Under the pieces are notes generated by a model. That model saw only the letters and a program-made list of their open reading frames with translations, did not search any database and was not told the origin of the DNA. Shown here one piece after another: positions 27,373-37,264 of a stretch of 64,000 nt of DNA. Made by a program: the position numbers and the translations under genes. Positions within the stretch are counted from its first letter, which is position 1; each line of letters begins with the position of its first letter. Source of the DNA: an uncultured delta proteobacterium (GTDB taxonomy: Bacteria; Bdellovibrionota; FAC87; UBA2466); the NCBI GenBank assembly GCA_963778115.1, contig CAVZSV010000004.1, positions 512,001 to 576,000 of the forward strand, read 5' to 3'.

Positions 27373-28704
27373 ATGTCGCCGGAACTATCTTCCATAGATT
27401 TTTCAACACGTCGCAAGGTGTTTCTTAACCGCTGTAAGGGAGGAGTTGCGATCTTTGCTTCAGCACGTTCTACCGTTCGTAACAGTGATGTCCATTACCC
27501 GTTCCGCCAAGACAGCAATTTCTATTATTTGACCGGGTTTGACGAGCCCGAGAGCATTGTCCTTTTAGCACCCGAGGCCGAGCATCCCTTTCAGATTTTT
27601 GTGCGGCCCCGCGATAAACATACGGAACTGTGGGAGGGAAAGATCACAGGGCCCGAAGCGGCAAAATTTATCGTCGGCGCCAATCGCGCCCACCCCTCAA
27701 CTCCCGACGAAGTCTTCGATGAAGTTTTTTTTGAAGCCCTCAGACACGCCGAGTTTGTCTATTACCGTTTGGGAGTCGATCCCAAATTCGACAACCGAGT
27801 TTTAGCCCTCCTGTTTGAAGCCAAAAGACGCTTTGGGCGACGAAAGAACGCCCTTTGGACGATTCGAGATCCGGAAGAAATTCTTGGCGGAATGCGGCTT
27901 ATGAAAAGTAAAGCCGAGATTGAACGCTTGCAGCTGGCGGCTTCCATAACCGCTGAAGCGCATATCACCGCGATGAAAGTTTCTAAACCCAACATGCACG
28001 AGTATGAAGTGGAAGCTTTGCTCTATCACTCATTTCGGGTTCAAGGAGCAAAACGAGTTGGCTATCCCTCCATCGTGGCGTCTGGTTCTAATTCTTGTGT
28101 TCTTCATTACAACGCCAATAGCAGAAGGATGGCATCGGGAGACCTAGTTCTCGTCGATGCCGGAGCTGAATTTGATTACTATACGGCTGACATCACCCGA
28201 TGCTATCCGGTGAGTGGCAGATTTTCGCAAGAACAGCGAGAGGTCTATGTTGCGGTGTTGAACGCTCAAAAAGCGTGTCTCAAATTGGCGCGGCCCGGAA
28301 AGACACTTCCCGAAATCCACGCGGTGGCCTGTGAAGTGATAGTGGAAGAATTAAGACGGCTCAAAGTGATTAAAGGAACAAGTCACAGCCTTCTTAAGAA
28401 AAGAGCCTACGCCCCTTTCTTCCCTCACGGCACTTCGCATTGGCTCGGAATGGACGTTCACGATGTCGGTCCCTATTTTGTAAGCGGCTCCGAAAAATCG
28501 GTGAAGCTAGAACCGGGGATGGTGTTTACCATTGAACCCGGACTCTATTTTTCGCCCGACGGCAGTAATGCGCCGTTGCGCTATCGCGGTATTGGAGTTC
28601 GCATTGAAGACGATATCTTGGTAACTCCCGGAGGATGCAAGGTGCTTACCGCCGGGGCTCCCAAAGAACTAGAAGAGGTGGAAAGCTTATGCAGCCAAAA
28701 CTAA
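27373..28704 (+). CDS. pepP: Xaa-Pro aminopeptidase
   Basis: FRQDSNFYYLTG, DAGAE..ADITR, HWLGMDVHD, EPGLY, GVRIEDD. Confidence 0.95.
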   Translation: MSPELSSIDFSTRRKVFLNRCKGGVAIFASARSTVRNSDVHYPFRQDSNFYYLTGFDEPESIVLLAPEAEHPFQIFVRPRDKHTELWEGKITGPEAAKFIVGANRAHPSTPDEVFDEVFFEALRHAEFVYYRLGVDPKFDNRVLALLFEAKRRFGRRKNALWTIRDPEEILGGMRLMKSKAEIERLQLAASITAEAHITAMKVSKPNMHEYEVEALLYHSFRVQGAKRVGYPSIVASGSNSCVLHYNANSRRMASGDLVLVDAGAEFDYYTADITRCYPVSGRFSQEQREVYVAVLNAQKACLKLARPGKTLPEIHAVACEVIVEELRRLKVIKGTSHSLLKKRAYAPFFPHGTSHWLGMDVHDVGPYFVSGSEKSVKLEPGMVFTIEPGLYFSPDGSNAPLRYRGIGVRIEDDILVTPGGCKVLTAGAPKELEEVESLCSQN

Positions 28705-29042
28705 CAACTATTCTATTCTTTTTAGGCGCTATTCTCCTTGAAATCGGATGTTCTCACAAAGCCGTTACTACAAGCTCCGATGCTCAAAGAGATCTCCAAG
28801 CGAAATACGCTAATAAAGTCGGTGTTGCCCGCAAAGAAGACTTTGTCCAAGAATTCGGACCGGCCAATTGGTGCCGCGATGAGAGTGGAGAACAGACTTG
28901 CCGTTTTTACAAAAAGATTGCCACCGAGTGGATGGGATCGCCGCCCACCGATCGGGTACATCGGGAAACGTTTGACGAAGTCATTGCCACTTTCGATGTG
29001 AACGGGACTTTGAAGACTTTCAAAGCGGCGGCCCAACGCTAG
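28689..29042 (+). CDS. Small lipoprotein
   Basis: Lipobox-like LLEIGC after ATG 28689. Confidence 0.65.
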   Translation: MQPKLTTILFFLGAILLEIGCSHKAVTTSSDAQRDLQAKYANKVGVARKEDFVQEFGPANWCRDESGEQTCRFYKKIATEWMGSPPTDRVHRETFDEVIATFDVNGTLKTFKAAAQR

Positions 29043-30142
29043 AATACTAGCGACAAGCCAAAGTTAAGAACACTTCCCAGTAAGATGACGCCCCAACCGG
29101 GGATTTTGAATCTGATAGCGATGAGCCCCAAAGCGATAAACAGCCCAAGCAACACAGGCTGAACGATCGTGTATTTGCCCAGGGTTATGGTCGCCCCTAA
29201 GATACAGCCGATGACCGTCGGAATGGCTCCTTGTTGAAAAAATGCCAGAAAGGGATGCCCTTTGAGTCGGTAAAAAACAAAGGGCATCACAAAGAGGATC
29301 AAAATCGCCCCAGGGCTATACATGCCGACACAGCCGACAATCGCTCCTAACAGGCCCGCCGTTTTATAACCTACAAAAACGGAAGAGATAGTGACAGGCC
29401 CTGGAGTAATCTGTCCGAAGGCGATCCCATCCAAAAATTCTGGGGTAGACATCCAGTGGTAAATATCGACGACTTCGTGCTGAAGAACGGGAATGACGGC
29501 AAGTCCCGTCCCAAAAACCGTAAAGCCCGCTTTGAAGTGGATCCAAAAGATACTAAAGAGAAGACCCAAAGGAGCTATTGCAAGAGAGCGTAACCCGCCA
29601 TCCACCCGAAGCCTGAGTCGGGAAAACACCATCACCGCTCCCCCCGTTAAAATAATCACCGGCTCCCATCGCGGGATCCGAAGCATGAGAACGGCTGCGA
29701 TGAGAACAAAGATCCAGGGCTGGACGTTTTTGACGTACGGCTTAAACATGCGCCAGATGCTATCAAGAATAATGACCAGCGCTCCAGTCTCCATGCCTTG
29801 GATGATAGGAGTGAATCTGGGAAGTCCGGCCACACTCGAATAAGAGATGCTAAGAATTAAAATGAGGACAAAGGGAGGTAAAAGAAAAGCAAACCCCGCA
29901 ACTAGGGCACCGATCCGACCTCGCACGTGATAACCCATCCACATCGCCATCTGGGAAGCAATGGGTCCCGGCAATAGTTTCGCAAAGACATAGCGCTCGT
30001 TAAACTCTTCAAGGGAGAGCCACTTGCGCTTGTGGCTACACTCCTGCTCCATTAACGACACTAAAGCGATGGGGCCGCCAAAACCAATAGCGCCCAATCT
30101 AAGAAATAGAAGGAAAATTTCCGAAAATGATACTTCGCTCAC
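29039..30142 (-). CDS. chrA: Chromate efflux transporter (long-chain)
   Basis: FLRLGAIGFGG, LLPGP, QITPGP; two homologous halves; start approximate. Confidence 0.92.
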   Translation of the reverse strand: MSEVSFSEIFLLFLRLGAIGFGGPIALVSLMEQECSHKRKWLSLEEFNERYVFAKLLPGPIASQMAMWMGYHVRGRIGALVAGFAFLLPPFVLILILSISYSSVAGLPRFTPIIQGMETGALVIILDSIWRMFKPYVKNVQPWIFVLIAAVLMLRIPRWEPVIILTGGAVMVFSRLRLRVDGGLRSLAIAPLGLLFSIFWIHFKAGFTVFGTGLAVIPVLQHEVVDIYHWMSTPEFLDGIAFGQITPGPVTISSVFVGYKTAGLLGAIVGCVGMYSPGAILILFVMPFVFYRLKGHPFLAFFQQGAIPTVIGCILGATITLGKYTIVQPVLLGLFIALGLIAIRFKIPGWGVILLGSVLNFGLSLVF

Positions 30143-30164
30143 TCCCCACCCCGAATTTACTACC

Positions 30165-30887
30165 TTACGACTTTTTGGGAGCCGCTTTCGGTTTTGCGTC
30201 CTCATCATTGTCGGCATTATTGAGCTCTTCCAGACGCTTTTGGAGTTTATCCAGAAGACCCGCGAACTTTCCGTCTTTTAAGAAGGCTGCTATTTGCTCG
30301 TTGATATTTTCGCTATAGCGAAGATCGTCGTAAGCGATGTCATAGATAACCCATTTATCGCCTTTCTTTTGTAAAAAATATTCGAGGGGGACGGAGTCAT
30401 CTTTGACAACAAATTTACACTTCACATCGGCAGTCTTGCCTTTAACGTCGATTTTAGTGAACTTGTAGCTAGTTCCTTCGGTCCAAAAAGAATCCATTCG
30501 CGAGTAAGCTGTTTTGGAGACAACCTTTCTAAGAAGCGTTTTAAATTTATCGCGATTAGCGACCGATTGCCTGTTCCAGTTGGAATTTCCTAAGCAGTCC
30601 TTAGCTATTCGATCCCAATCCACCCCGGCCTCGATAATATTTCTAGCCTTTTCATTCTCCCCATTTTTGCCCACCTTCTGGGACGCCTCGAATAGGGCTA
30701 CCAGTTGATTTTTCACTTTAAGAGCCTCTCCGGTAAAGGCCTTCTCGCCCTTCTTTGGGGAGGTCGATTCTGCCGCCTTACTTTCTGGAGCGGGAGTTAC
30801 TACCGCGTTGGGCTTAGCCGCATCATCTGCGAAGCTACCCGAAGTGATTAAAAGAAGGCCAATTACCCAAAGAGTTAGTGTTTTCAT
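30165..30887 (-). CDS. mlaC: MlaC/Ttg2D-family periplasmic binding protein
   Basis: Signal peptide; VDWDRIAKDCLG..W; WVIYDIAYDD. Confidence 0.85.
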   Translation of the reverse strand: MKTLTLWVIGLLLITSGSFADDAAKPNAVVTPAPESKAAESTSPKKGEKAFTGEALKVKNQLVALFEASQKVGKNGENEKARNIIEAGVDWDRIAKDCLGNSNWNRQSVANRDKFKTLLRKVVSKTAYSRMDSFWTEGTSYKFTKIDVKGKTADVKCKFVVKDDSVPLEYFLQKKGDKWVIYDIAYDDLRYSENINEQIAAFLKDGKFAGLLDKLQKRLEELNNADNDEDAKPKAAPKKS

Positions 30888-30938
30888 AGGGTCGTATTAT
30901 ATAGGGACGAAAAGCTGCCCGTCTACTCTTAGGGAAGT

Positions 30939-31916
30939 TTAACCCAGAATCGATACCACTTTGGCAAGCACATCGCCTGCTGAGAGATTCAAAAGGCAGG
31001 CTTGGTAGCCATAAGGCGCCCGGCAGTAGGGCTTTTCGCAGGGGCTGCACTTTAACGATTCCGCACGTACCGCGTAGATTCTGGGGCCAAGCGGAGTGAT
31101 ATAAGAAGGGTCCCCGGGACCAAAGATAACCAGTGTGGGGGCTTCGGCCAACGTGCCTGCGATATGAGCAACTCCCGAATCGTTCGCGATAACTAAGGCG
31201 GCCTGTCCCACTAAAGATCTTAGCTCGGTGAGTGAAGTCTTACCGACGGCATTTTCGATTTGACGCTGCCCCAAATCGCTTACGAGCTCGCCCCAAGCAC
31301 TTTCGTTGGCACTTCCCACAACGACAATCCGGTAATCGGGGTATCTTGCACTTAGCCGCGGTAAGAACTCTTGATGATACGGCCATTGTCTTAAAGAGAT
31401 GGAAGCGCCCGGAGCCACTACGATCAGTTTCTCTTTAGAAGTCCCCACAGATAAGGGCGGGAGGCGCATTTCAACCGGTTTACCGGTCGCTAGCTCCAAT
31501 AGATCTAAATACAGCCGGGACTTATGTTTACCGCTCCGATTGGACGCCCACCTTAAACTATCGGTTAGCAGCAGCGAACTCCCCGACTGATCGAACCCCA
31601 GTCGGTAGCGAACTCTCGCTAGGAAAAAAGGCAGCGCCGCTGAATAGGAGGCCGGCAAGGAGAAAGAGAGGTCAAAGCACTCAGCCTTAAGTCGACGAGC
31701 CAAAGCCCTAGAACCTTTCCATCCTCTTCCTTCGATCGTTGAAAAGGTTAAGACTTGATTGAAGCAGTCCGGGTAGCCCAACTCTTGAAGGGCTTCGGAT
31801 ATCACCAAACACACGTGATCATCGGGGTAGGCCGCGCGAAGACCTCGGTAAAAGGGCAGCGCCATTACATGATCACCCAACCAGCGCGGGCCACGCACCA
31901 CGATTCGTTTCGACAT
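30939..31916 (-). CDS. waaF: LPS heptosyltransferase II (GT9)
   Basis: RWLGDHVMALP, APGAS...RQWP, GKTSL, NDSGVAHIA. Confidence 0.85.
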   Translation of the reverse strand: MSKRIVVRGPRWLGDHVMALPFYRGLRAAYPDDHVCLVISEALQELGYPDCFNQVLTFSTIEGRGWKGSRALARRLKAECFDLSFSLPASYSAALPFFLARVRYRLGFDQSGSSLLLTDSLRWASNRSGKHKSRLYLDLLELATGKPVEMRLPPLSVGTSKEKLIVVAPGASISLRQWPYHQEFLPRLSARYPDYRIVVVGSANESAWGELVSDLGQRQIENAVGKTSLTELRSLVGQAALVIANDSGVAHIAGTLAEAPTLVIFGPGDPSYITPLGPRIYAVRAESLKCSPCEKPYCRAPYGYQACLLNLSAGDVLAKVVSILG

Positions 31917-31934
31917 GAAAGCGATTATTTCTGG

Positions 31935-32690
31935 TTAACGGCCTTGCGGCAAGGGCGAGCACAGAATGGCGCCCTTAATTTCTGCGGGATCGGTATGAAA
32001 CGCTCCGTCCTCCAAAGACTGCATGGCGTAACCGAATTTCGCTGAGAACTCGCGCATGGCGGTTAGCCCTTCGGCCGAATCGGTTTCGACGACGAGCAAG
32101 GGTCGCTGTTCTCGCACTAGCCTTTCGGCAAAGCAAAGCGCGGATACCGAGTTACCGGTAAGATCCAGACGAATGAGATGCGGAATCGGAATCTCACCGT
32201 CTTGATAGGCTTCATCAAGGCTAAGTTGCCTGGCGCATACGGGCGGCTTAAAAGCTGTCTTTTGGGTCGGTACCCCGACTGAAGCGAACAGAAAGAGAAT
32301 ATTGTTACATCCGTTTAGCGTCGCATTGTCGTAGGTACGTAGAAAGTGCGATCGGTTCGGTTCGAAAGAGACGACAAAGCCGTCGACTCCCACAAAACGA
32401 GAAAATAAGACGGTCGAGACTCCCTCCGAAGAGGCGCAGTCCCAAACGGTCCAACCCGGTTGGCAAATTTCGGCAAGTGCTTTTGACGAGCGCGAGGTGT
32501 GAACATGCTTCATTGACATACGATCCCCCAAATCATCCGAACGACGGAGCCACATTCCCCGACCCGGGCCCGAAAGCACTGGCAACGCTATTGGAGACTG
32601 GCTATCTCCAAAGAGCTGGTTGAGTATTCGGTAAAACCCGACGCGCAGAAACGACACCGAGCGACCCTGAGTCGATCGTTCGTTGAACAT
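31935..32690 (-). CDS. FkbM-family methyltransferase-like protein
   Basis: PGWTVWDC...G..V.SFEP..SLD..P.LIRLD; SAM motif degenerate. Confidence 0.65.
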   Translation of the reverse strand: MFNERSTQGRSVSFLRVGFYRILNQLFGDSQSPIALPVLSGPGRGMWLRRSDDLGDRMSMKHVHTSRSSKALAEICQPGWTVWDCASSEGVSTVLFSRFVGVDGFVVSFEPNRSHFLRTYDNATLNGCNNILFLFASVGVPTQKTAFKPPVCARQLSLDEAYQDGEIPIPHLIRLDLTGNSVSALCFAERLVREQRPLLVVETDSAEGLTAMREFSAKFGYAMQSLEDGAFHTDPAEIKGAILCSPLPQGR

Positions 32691-32780
32691 AAAAAACCCC
32701 CTCGAATCTCTTTAAGGGTAGTTTGAAATTGTGCGTCAAATCGTACGAGGTTTATGGTATTTTCTTAACACAATGCATTA

Positions 32781-33491
32781 TTGAAATGGGGTAAGGGCTA
32801 CCAAGTGACTGAAAATACAATGGAATATAAATTCCCGATCGCCACCTCGAAAGAACGTCTTACGGCCATGGTCTTGACCCTCTGCCTCTCGCTCATTCTT
32901 ACCCCGGGCTTTCTCCCCTCGATCACCGAACTCTGGGAACATCTAGCGAAGTTGAGGAGCGGGGGGGCTAATGAAATCTATGAATGGGGACGTGAGTGGA
33001 CATTTCCTCTGTTTTCCTACGTGCTATTTCGATCGCTAGGAAGGCACGGAACGAAATGGAGTGTAGAGGCTCCCGCTTGGGATCTATGGAGGATCAGTAT
33101 TTTGCCTTTGGTGATTGCTCTTATTTATGGACTGGTCCGCCGGTACTTCATGGCGCCGCTGGCAGGTCCCAACTGGATGTGGACTCTCGTCTGTATTCCG
33201 TTGGGAGAAGAGTATCTTTTTAGAGGGTGGTTTTATGGAATCGTATCGCGCACCCATGCGGGCAAACGGTGGAGTGCCACCAACCCCCTACCGGTGGAAT
33301 TGTGGATGAGCGCTCTGGCTTTTTCGCTCTGGCATCTGCAAAACTGGGATTTTGCGGGGGCGCCAGTAACCTTGTTTCAGGTGGCGTATACCTTCTTCGT
33401 AGGCCTTTGGCTCGGCGTGCTTCGCTGGAAAACCAAAACAATGACAGCTCCGATACTGGCTCACTTCGCCATTAACGCGTTGGCCAGATAA
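32781..33491 (+). CDS. CPBP (CAAX/Abi) intramembrane glutamic endopeptidase
   Basis: EEYLFRG, FSLWH and HFAIN motifs; multiple TM segments; start uncertain. Confidence 0.9.
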   Translation: MKWGKGYQVTENTMEYKFPIATSKERLTAMVLTLCLSLILTPGFLPSITELWEHLAKLRSGGANEIYEWGREWTFPLFSYVLFRSLGRHGTKWSVEAPAWDLWRISILPLVIALIYGLVRRYFMAPLAGPNWMWTLVCIPLGEEYLFRGWFYGIVSRTHAGKRWSATNPLPVELWMSALAFSLWHLQNWDFAGAPVTLFQVAYTFFVGLWLGVLRWKTKTMTAPILAHFAINALAR

Positions 33492-33521
33492 CTTCCGAGC
33501 GGTTCTGATAAAATAAGGAAG

Positions 33522-33722
33522 ATGAAACCCATTAGCCTTAGGCGTTCTGCTTCCGGTCAGGCCATCATTGAATACATCCTTATGGTGGTCATGCTAGCCG
33601 TTACGATGGCGGTAGTGATCAGAAACTCCAATCGTACCGTCTACCAATATTGGACGGGATTAGTAAGACAAGTCGCGCGAGGATGTGCTGATTGTACGAC
33701 GAAGACGGGGCCTAATTTCTAG
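33522..33722 (+). CDS. Flp/TadE-like type IVb pilin
   Basis: Prepilin motif GQAIIEY followed by a hydrophobic helix; AAGGA RBS. Confidence 0.8.
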   Translation: MKPISLRRSASGQAIIEYILMVVMLAVTMAVVIRNSNRTVYQYWTGLVRQVARGCADCTTKTGPNF

Positions 33723-33769
33723 AGACTAGCGTTAGCCAGTGGCACTAGCTCTGTGATCTAGTTCTATAA

Positions 33770-35335
33770 CTATGGTGATGGCCGAAACGAGTTTGTCTCT
33801 CGGCGGCCATCCATCCAAGCAACCGCACTTTTGGCATCGGTGATCTGATTCTTCCAAATCGAAAGCCATAGATCTTTAGTGAGTAAGGCATCGAAAGGAT
33901 GCGGATAGACCACCCCCTCGTGCTGGCCAGCAAATTTAATCATGTAGGGGATGCGGAAATCTTTCTTACCATCATACTCCTTAACCGAGTTCCATCCGTG
34001 ATCGCTCGTAATGAGAAGGGTCGTATCGTCCCACTCGTGGCTCGCTTCAAGCTCCCTGCGAAGCTCACCAATCGTGACATCGGTAAGGGCTAAATTATCA
34101 AAATAACCTTCAAGACCTTTAGCATTCTTGGCTGTGATCTGATGGGAAGCTCTATCGTAAATCCAAGGCGCATGCGGTGTCGGCCAATGCACAAAAGTAA
34201 AATCGATATCCTTTCGGTGAAGCGATTGCAGTGCGGCTTCTCGAATCCCTTCATAGGTCTGGATGTGGAACATCGCTCGGTTCGGCCGAATGAACGACAG
34301 CTCGTCAAAAAAGTTAACCACGCTCGTTCTAAAATCTTCAGCATAAGGACGTTTAAAATAATTGTAATGAGGAAAGCGCTCACATTCCGTCGCGAATACC
34401 ATTCGACAGTACGGCAAGTACCATCCGATCACCAAAGAACGAGCCCCCATCGACGTTAGCTGGCCAAAAAGATTTTGGCTCGATCGCCAAGGAAGCGCTT
34501 CTCTTTCGCCTTCGAAAGTCGCTTTCACAACGTTATTCTTATCCACAAAAATGGGATCGACGACATGTTTTCCGGTGAAGTAGGAGGGAATTGAGACGGA
34601 TGTGTATCTTCCAGGAGGATACGCATTTTGGGCGCTCAGTGATTCTTTGCTAAAGCGATCCAGCTCCGGTAGCTCTAATCCCTTGGGCCGCTCCAAAAAA
34701 GCCATCCTGTAATCGGTCTCGTCAAAAAGCCACCACATTAGTTTCGTTTTATGAGTAGGAGATACATTAACGGCCGAGATACGCGGATTTACCGCGAAAG
34801 CCTTTTTCTTGGCTCCCGAAAGGGCGTAGGAAAACGTTACCAGTACAAATGGAGAAAAAATGAGGAAGGAAACTCTGAGAAACTCCACCGTTTTAGTAGG
34901 AGACTTTTTCGCGAAGTACACCCCCAAGACCAAAACCAAAACGAAAAGCGACGCGCAGGTAAGCTCGCCCACTTGAGAAGTAAGATATCCCAAGTGCATC
35001 GCGATGCGAACGCCGTTCAGTGAAAAAAATAGCGTTACCAGAAAACTCAGATGAAAAAAATTCACCGCTTTCTGTCCTATGCGGCGGCAAAAGCGAAGAG
35101 CGAAGAATAAAACGAAAGCAACTAAGGCCACATCAAAACAGATGGCAAGATACGTAGAAAGAGATGAAGAGACTTTCTCGTACATCCATTCGCGTTGGGT
35201 CACCGTTTTAGAAAGTAAGGTGAGATCGCTCCACTGCTTAAAAAACATGAGATTTGAGGCGGAAATGCAGATCAAAAAATCGCGCAGGGAGGTACTGTTA
35301 ATGAATGCGGTTAGAGGGCTGAATTTTTTCAGCAT
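33770..35335 (-). CDS. Membrane-anchored sulfatase/alkaline-phosphatase-superfamily transferase
   Basis: About 5 TM segments, then LFDE, T..SIPS, HWPTPHAPW and TSDHG. Confidence 0.85.
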   Translation of the reverse strand: MLKKFSPLTAFINSTSLRDFLICISASNLMFFKQWSDLTLLSKTVTQREWMYEKVSSSLSTYLAICFDVALVAFVLFFALRFCRRIGQKAVNFFHLSFLVTLFFSLNGVRIAMHLGYLTSQVGELTCASLFVLVLVLGVYFAKKSPTKTVEFLRVSFLIFSPFVLVTFSYALSGAKKKAFAVNPRISAVNVSPTHKTKLMWWLFDETDYRMAFLERPKGLELPELDRFSKESLSAQNAYPPGRYTSVSIPSYFTGKHVVDPIFVDKNNVVKATFEGEREALPWRSSQNLFGQLTSMGARSLVIGWYLPYCRMVFATECERFPHYNYFKRPYAEDFRTSVVNFFDELSFIRPNRAMFHIQTYEGIREAALQSLHRKDIDFTFVHWPTPHAPWIYDRASHQITAKNAKGLEGYFDNLALTDVTIGELRRELEASHEWDDTTLLITSDHGWNSVKEYDGKKDFRIPYMIKFAGQHEGVVYPHPFDALLTKDLWLSIWKNQITDAKSAVAWMDGRRETNSFRPSP

Positions 35336-36791
35336 TTAATTTCCGGAGCGTATAAAGAGTTCGTTCAGTTCCAGGGATGGTCTGTTTATCAAGGATCTCA
35401 AAGAGTCGCGTTGCTTTCAACTCGAAAATCTCACAATCAACGCATTGCACGTCAGAATGTCGTGTCTGTATCAAGTTAGTTACGTTGGGATCTTTTGGCC
35501 CCACCAACTCAATAACCACATCGCTTCGCGTTATTGCCGCAAATAGCTCCAAGACTTCATCCAAAGGGATGCGATCGTCGTAAAGCATGTGGTGCAAAAC
35601 GGCGAGGGCCAACACCGTGTCAAATTTGCCGCGCGCACGATCGAGAAAGGAGCTAGATTCTCTGTTTCTCCAGCCCACGGCAGGCGTCGGACGAACCAAA
35701 TTTACGACCAGCGGTAAAAGCGATAGTTTCTTTTCTTTAGCTCGCTTCCACAGCTGTCCAATGGCATCACCGTCAGAATCAATTGCAACCACATCAGCGC
35801 CTGATTGTGCCGCCAATTCGCTAAAATGCCCCGTGTTACAACCCACATCGAGAACCGTTTTCGGCAGATGAGTCTTTAGATAGCGAACCACGAAGTCTTC
35901 TTTGATGGCAAATTCAGCCTTGGTATACGGCAAAGAGGAGGACATGTAATCCGTCCAAACGGAAAGCGCCACCTTCTTCGCCAGGATTTTATTCAAAAGC
36001 GAGCGCAGATGGCCCAGGAGTGCGCCTAAAATAAATCTCGCTTTCTCAGGTTTTTGAACCAGACGCTTTTCGTAAGACACGCTTCGCATCTGCTTGCCGG
36101 GTTTTTCTAACCATGTGGGAATTGTCACCAAACTGAAGAACGGCTGGCGCAGCCTCCAAAAAAAGCTCACCAACGGATAGACCTCTCGAGGCCGAAGACC
36201 GTCTCCCCGGGAAAGAAAAACATCGGAAAGGGAAATACGGAAGTACCGATTTACCAAAAGGGGGGTCAAAAAGGAGCGCACGAACTGCGCGTACGGAAGC
36301 CACATGGCATCGCTAAGATTTCGCTTCTCGATGGATAGGATATCGACAAATACGGGTTCAGCTCCCCGGAAAAGAATATTAAACGGTGTTGCGTCTTTAA
36401 GGCCTAGCCCCTCAGGCAGCAATCGCTCGGCGATGTCTAAAGTAAGGGAAGCTGCCGAACCCAGCATCTCCGATGACCACTCATGAGGGAAAGAAGGAAA
36501 AGGAAGCGCTTCATGCTCTAAGTATGCCGCTTGCTCGCCTGCCCAGTCCTCGGCACCTATCAAAGCTTTTGCTTCAGAAAGCTTGGCTCCCTGTAGCAGT
36601 TCGGTTTTGGGTAGTAGCTTGTGGGAAGCAAAGTAAGTGCAGGCCGGAGACTCCAAAATAGTCTTGATATCATCCGAAAACGAAGGACGAACGACGCGGA
36701 TGAGACGGTTATCGGCACGATAGAGAACTCCCGCGGGATCGCGCAACGATAATCGTATCGAAGTCGAAGCGGAAGTCCTTACCAGTTCCAT
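35298..36791 (-). CDS. NoeA-like protein: kinase-like N-domain plus SAM methyltransferase
   Basis: SLRDPAG, SFPHEW, LKDATPFNI, PVFVD; VLDVGCNTGHFS, ALAVLHH. Confidence 0.85.
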   Translation of the reverse strand: MELVRTSASTSIRLSLRDPAGVLYRADNRLIRVVRPSFSDDIKTILESPACTYFASHKLLPKTELLQGAKLSEAKALIGAEDWAGEQAAYLEHEALPFPSFPHEWSSEMLGSAASLTLDIAERLLPEGLGLKDATPFNILFRGAEPVFVDILSIEKRNLSDAMWLPYAQFVRSFLTPLLVNRYFRISLSDVFLSRGDGLRPREVYPLVSFFWRLRQPFFSLVTIPTWLEKPGKQMRSVSYEKRLVQKPEKARFILGALLGHLRSLLNKILAKKVALSVWTDYMSSSLPYTKAEFAIKEDFVVRYLKTHLPKTVLDVGCNTGHFSELAAQSGADVVAIDSDGDAIGQLWKRAKEKKLSLLPLVVNLVRPTPAVGWRNRESSSFLDRARGKFDTVLALAVLHHMLYDDRIPLDEVLELFAAITRSDVVIELVGPKDPNVTNLIQTRHSDVQCVDCEIFELKATRLFEILDKQTIPGTERTLYTLRKLNAEKIQPSNRIH

Positions 36792-36811
36792 AGAGCCACG
36801 TAAAATTTCTG

Positions 36812-37027
36812 TTAAGAGTTTTGGCTTCCCGAGATTTCTTTAGGCGCAGAAACAGTGTTTTGTTTTTCGCCACGTCCGAAGAGGCCGCGTAATTTCTTAA
36901 TGAAAAACGTTGCACCGAAAAACGCCGACAACATCGCCTGCCAGAGTAAATGACCCGTTCCGGGATCGATGTACCCGAAAGAGGCAGTGGGAAGCAGCAC
37001 CATAACGGAGATGAATAGGTATAGCAC
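36812..37027 (-). CDS. Small membrane protein of the 'YIDPGTG' type
   Basis: Signal-like N-terminus, YIDPGTG, hydrophobic helix, basic tail. Confidence 0.8.
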   Translation of the reverse strand: MLYLFISVMVLLPTASFGYIDPGTGHLLWQAMLSAFFGATFFIKKLRGLFGRGEKQNTVSAPKEISGSQNS

Positions 37028-37061
37028 GTGCGCCTTTCTGAGTTGTTAATTCCTACTTACT

Positions 37062-37089
37062 TATTCGGTTGAATTGTTTGAAAACCTGA
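37062..37089 (-). promoter_or_regulatory. sigma28/FliA-like promoter
   Basis: TCAGG-N15-ACCGAATA upstream of 37027. Confidence 0.4.
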
Positions 37090-37128
37090 ACAATTTTTTG
37101 GAGATTTTTAGATGCGAGTGGTCAAAGC

Positions 37129-37231
37129 GCCGTTGGCGAGGAGTGAACAGCCAACTGAGGAAGTACGCTTCGAATAAAAGATAAGCTGTCACTGCGAATA
37201 GAGATTACTTCGAGCTCCTCGCAAGGACGGC
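37129..37231. repeat. Degenerate palindromic intergenic element (RPE/REP-like)
   Basis: GCCGT..GCGAGGAG ... GAGATTACTTCG..CTCCTCGCAAGGACGGC arms. Confidence 0.55.
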
Positions 37232-37264
37232 TTTTAACGACGGTTCGTTCAAGAAAAGCGGTAA

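Noticed and set aside
32781..33491. Abi protein as a phage-defence gene
   Set aside because: It is a CPBP/CAAX protease in a housekeeping context; the family name does not imply abortive infection
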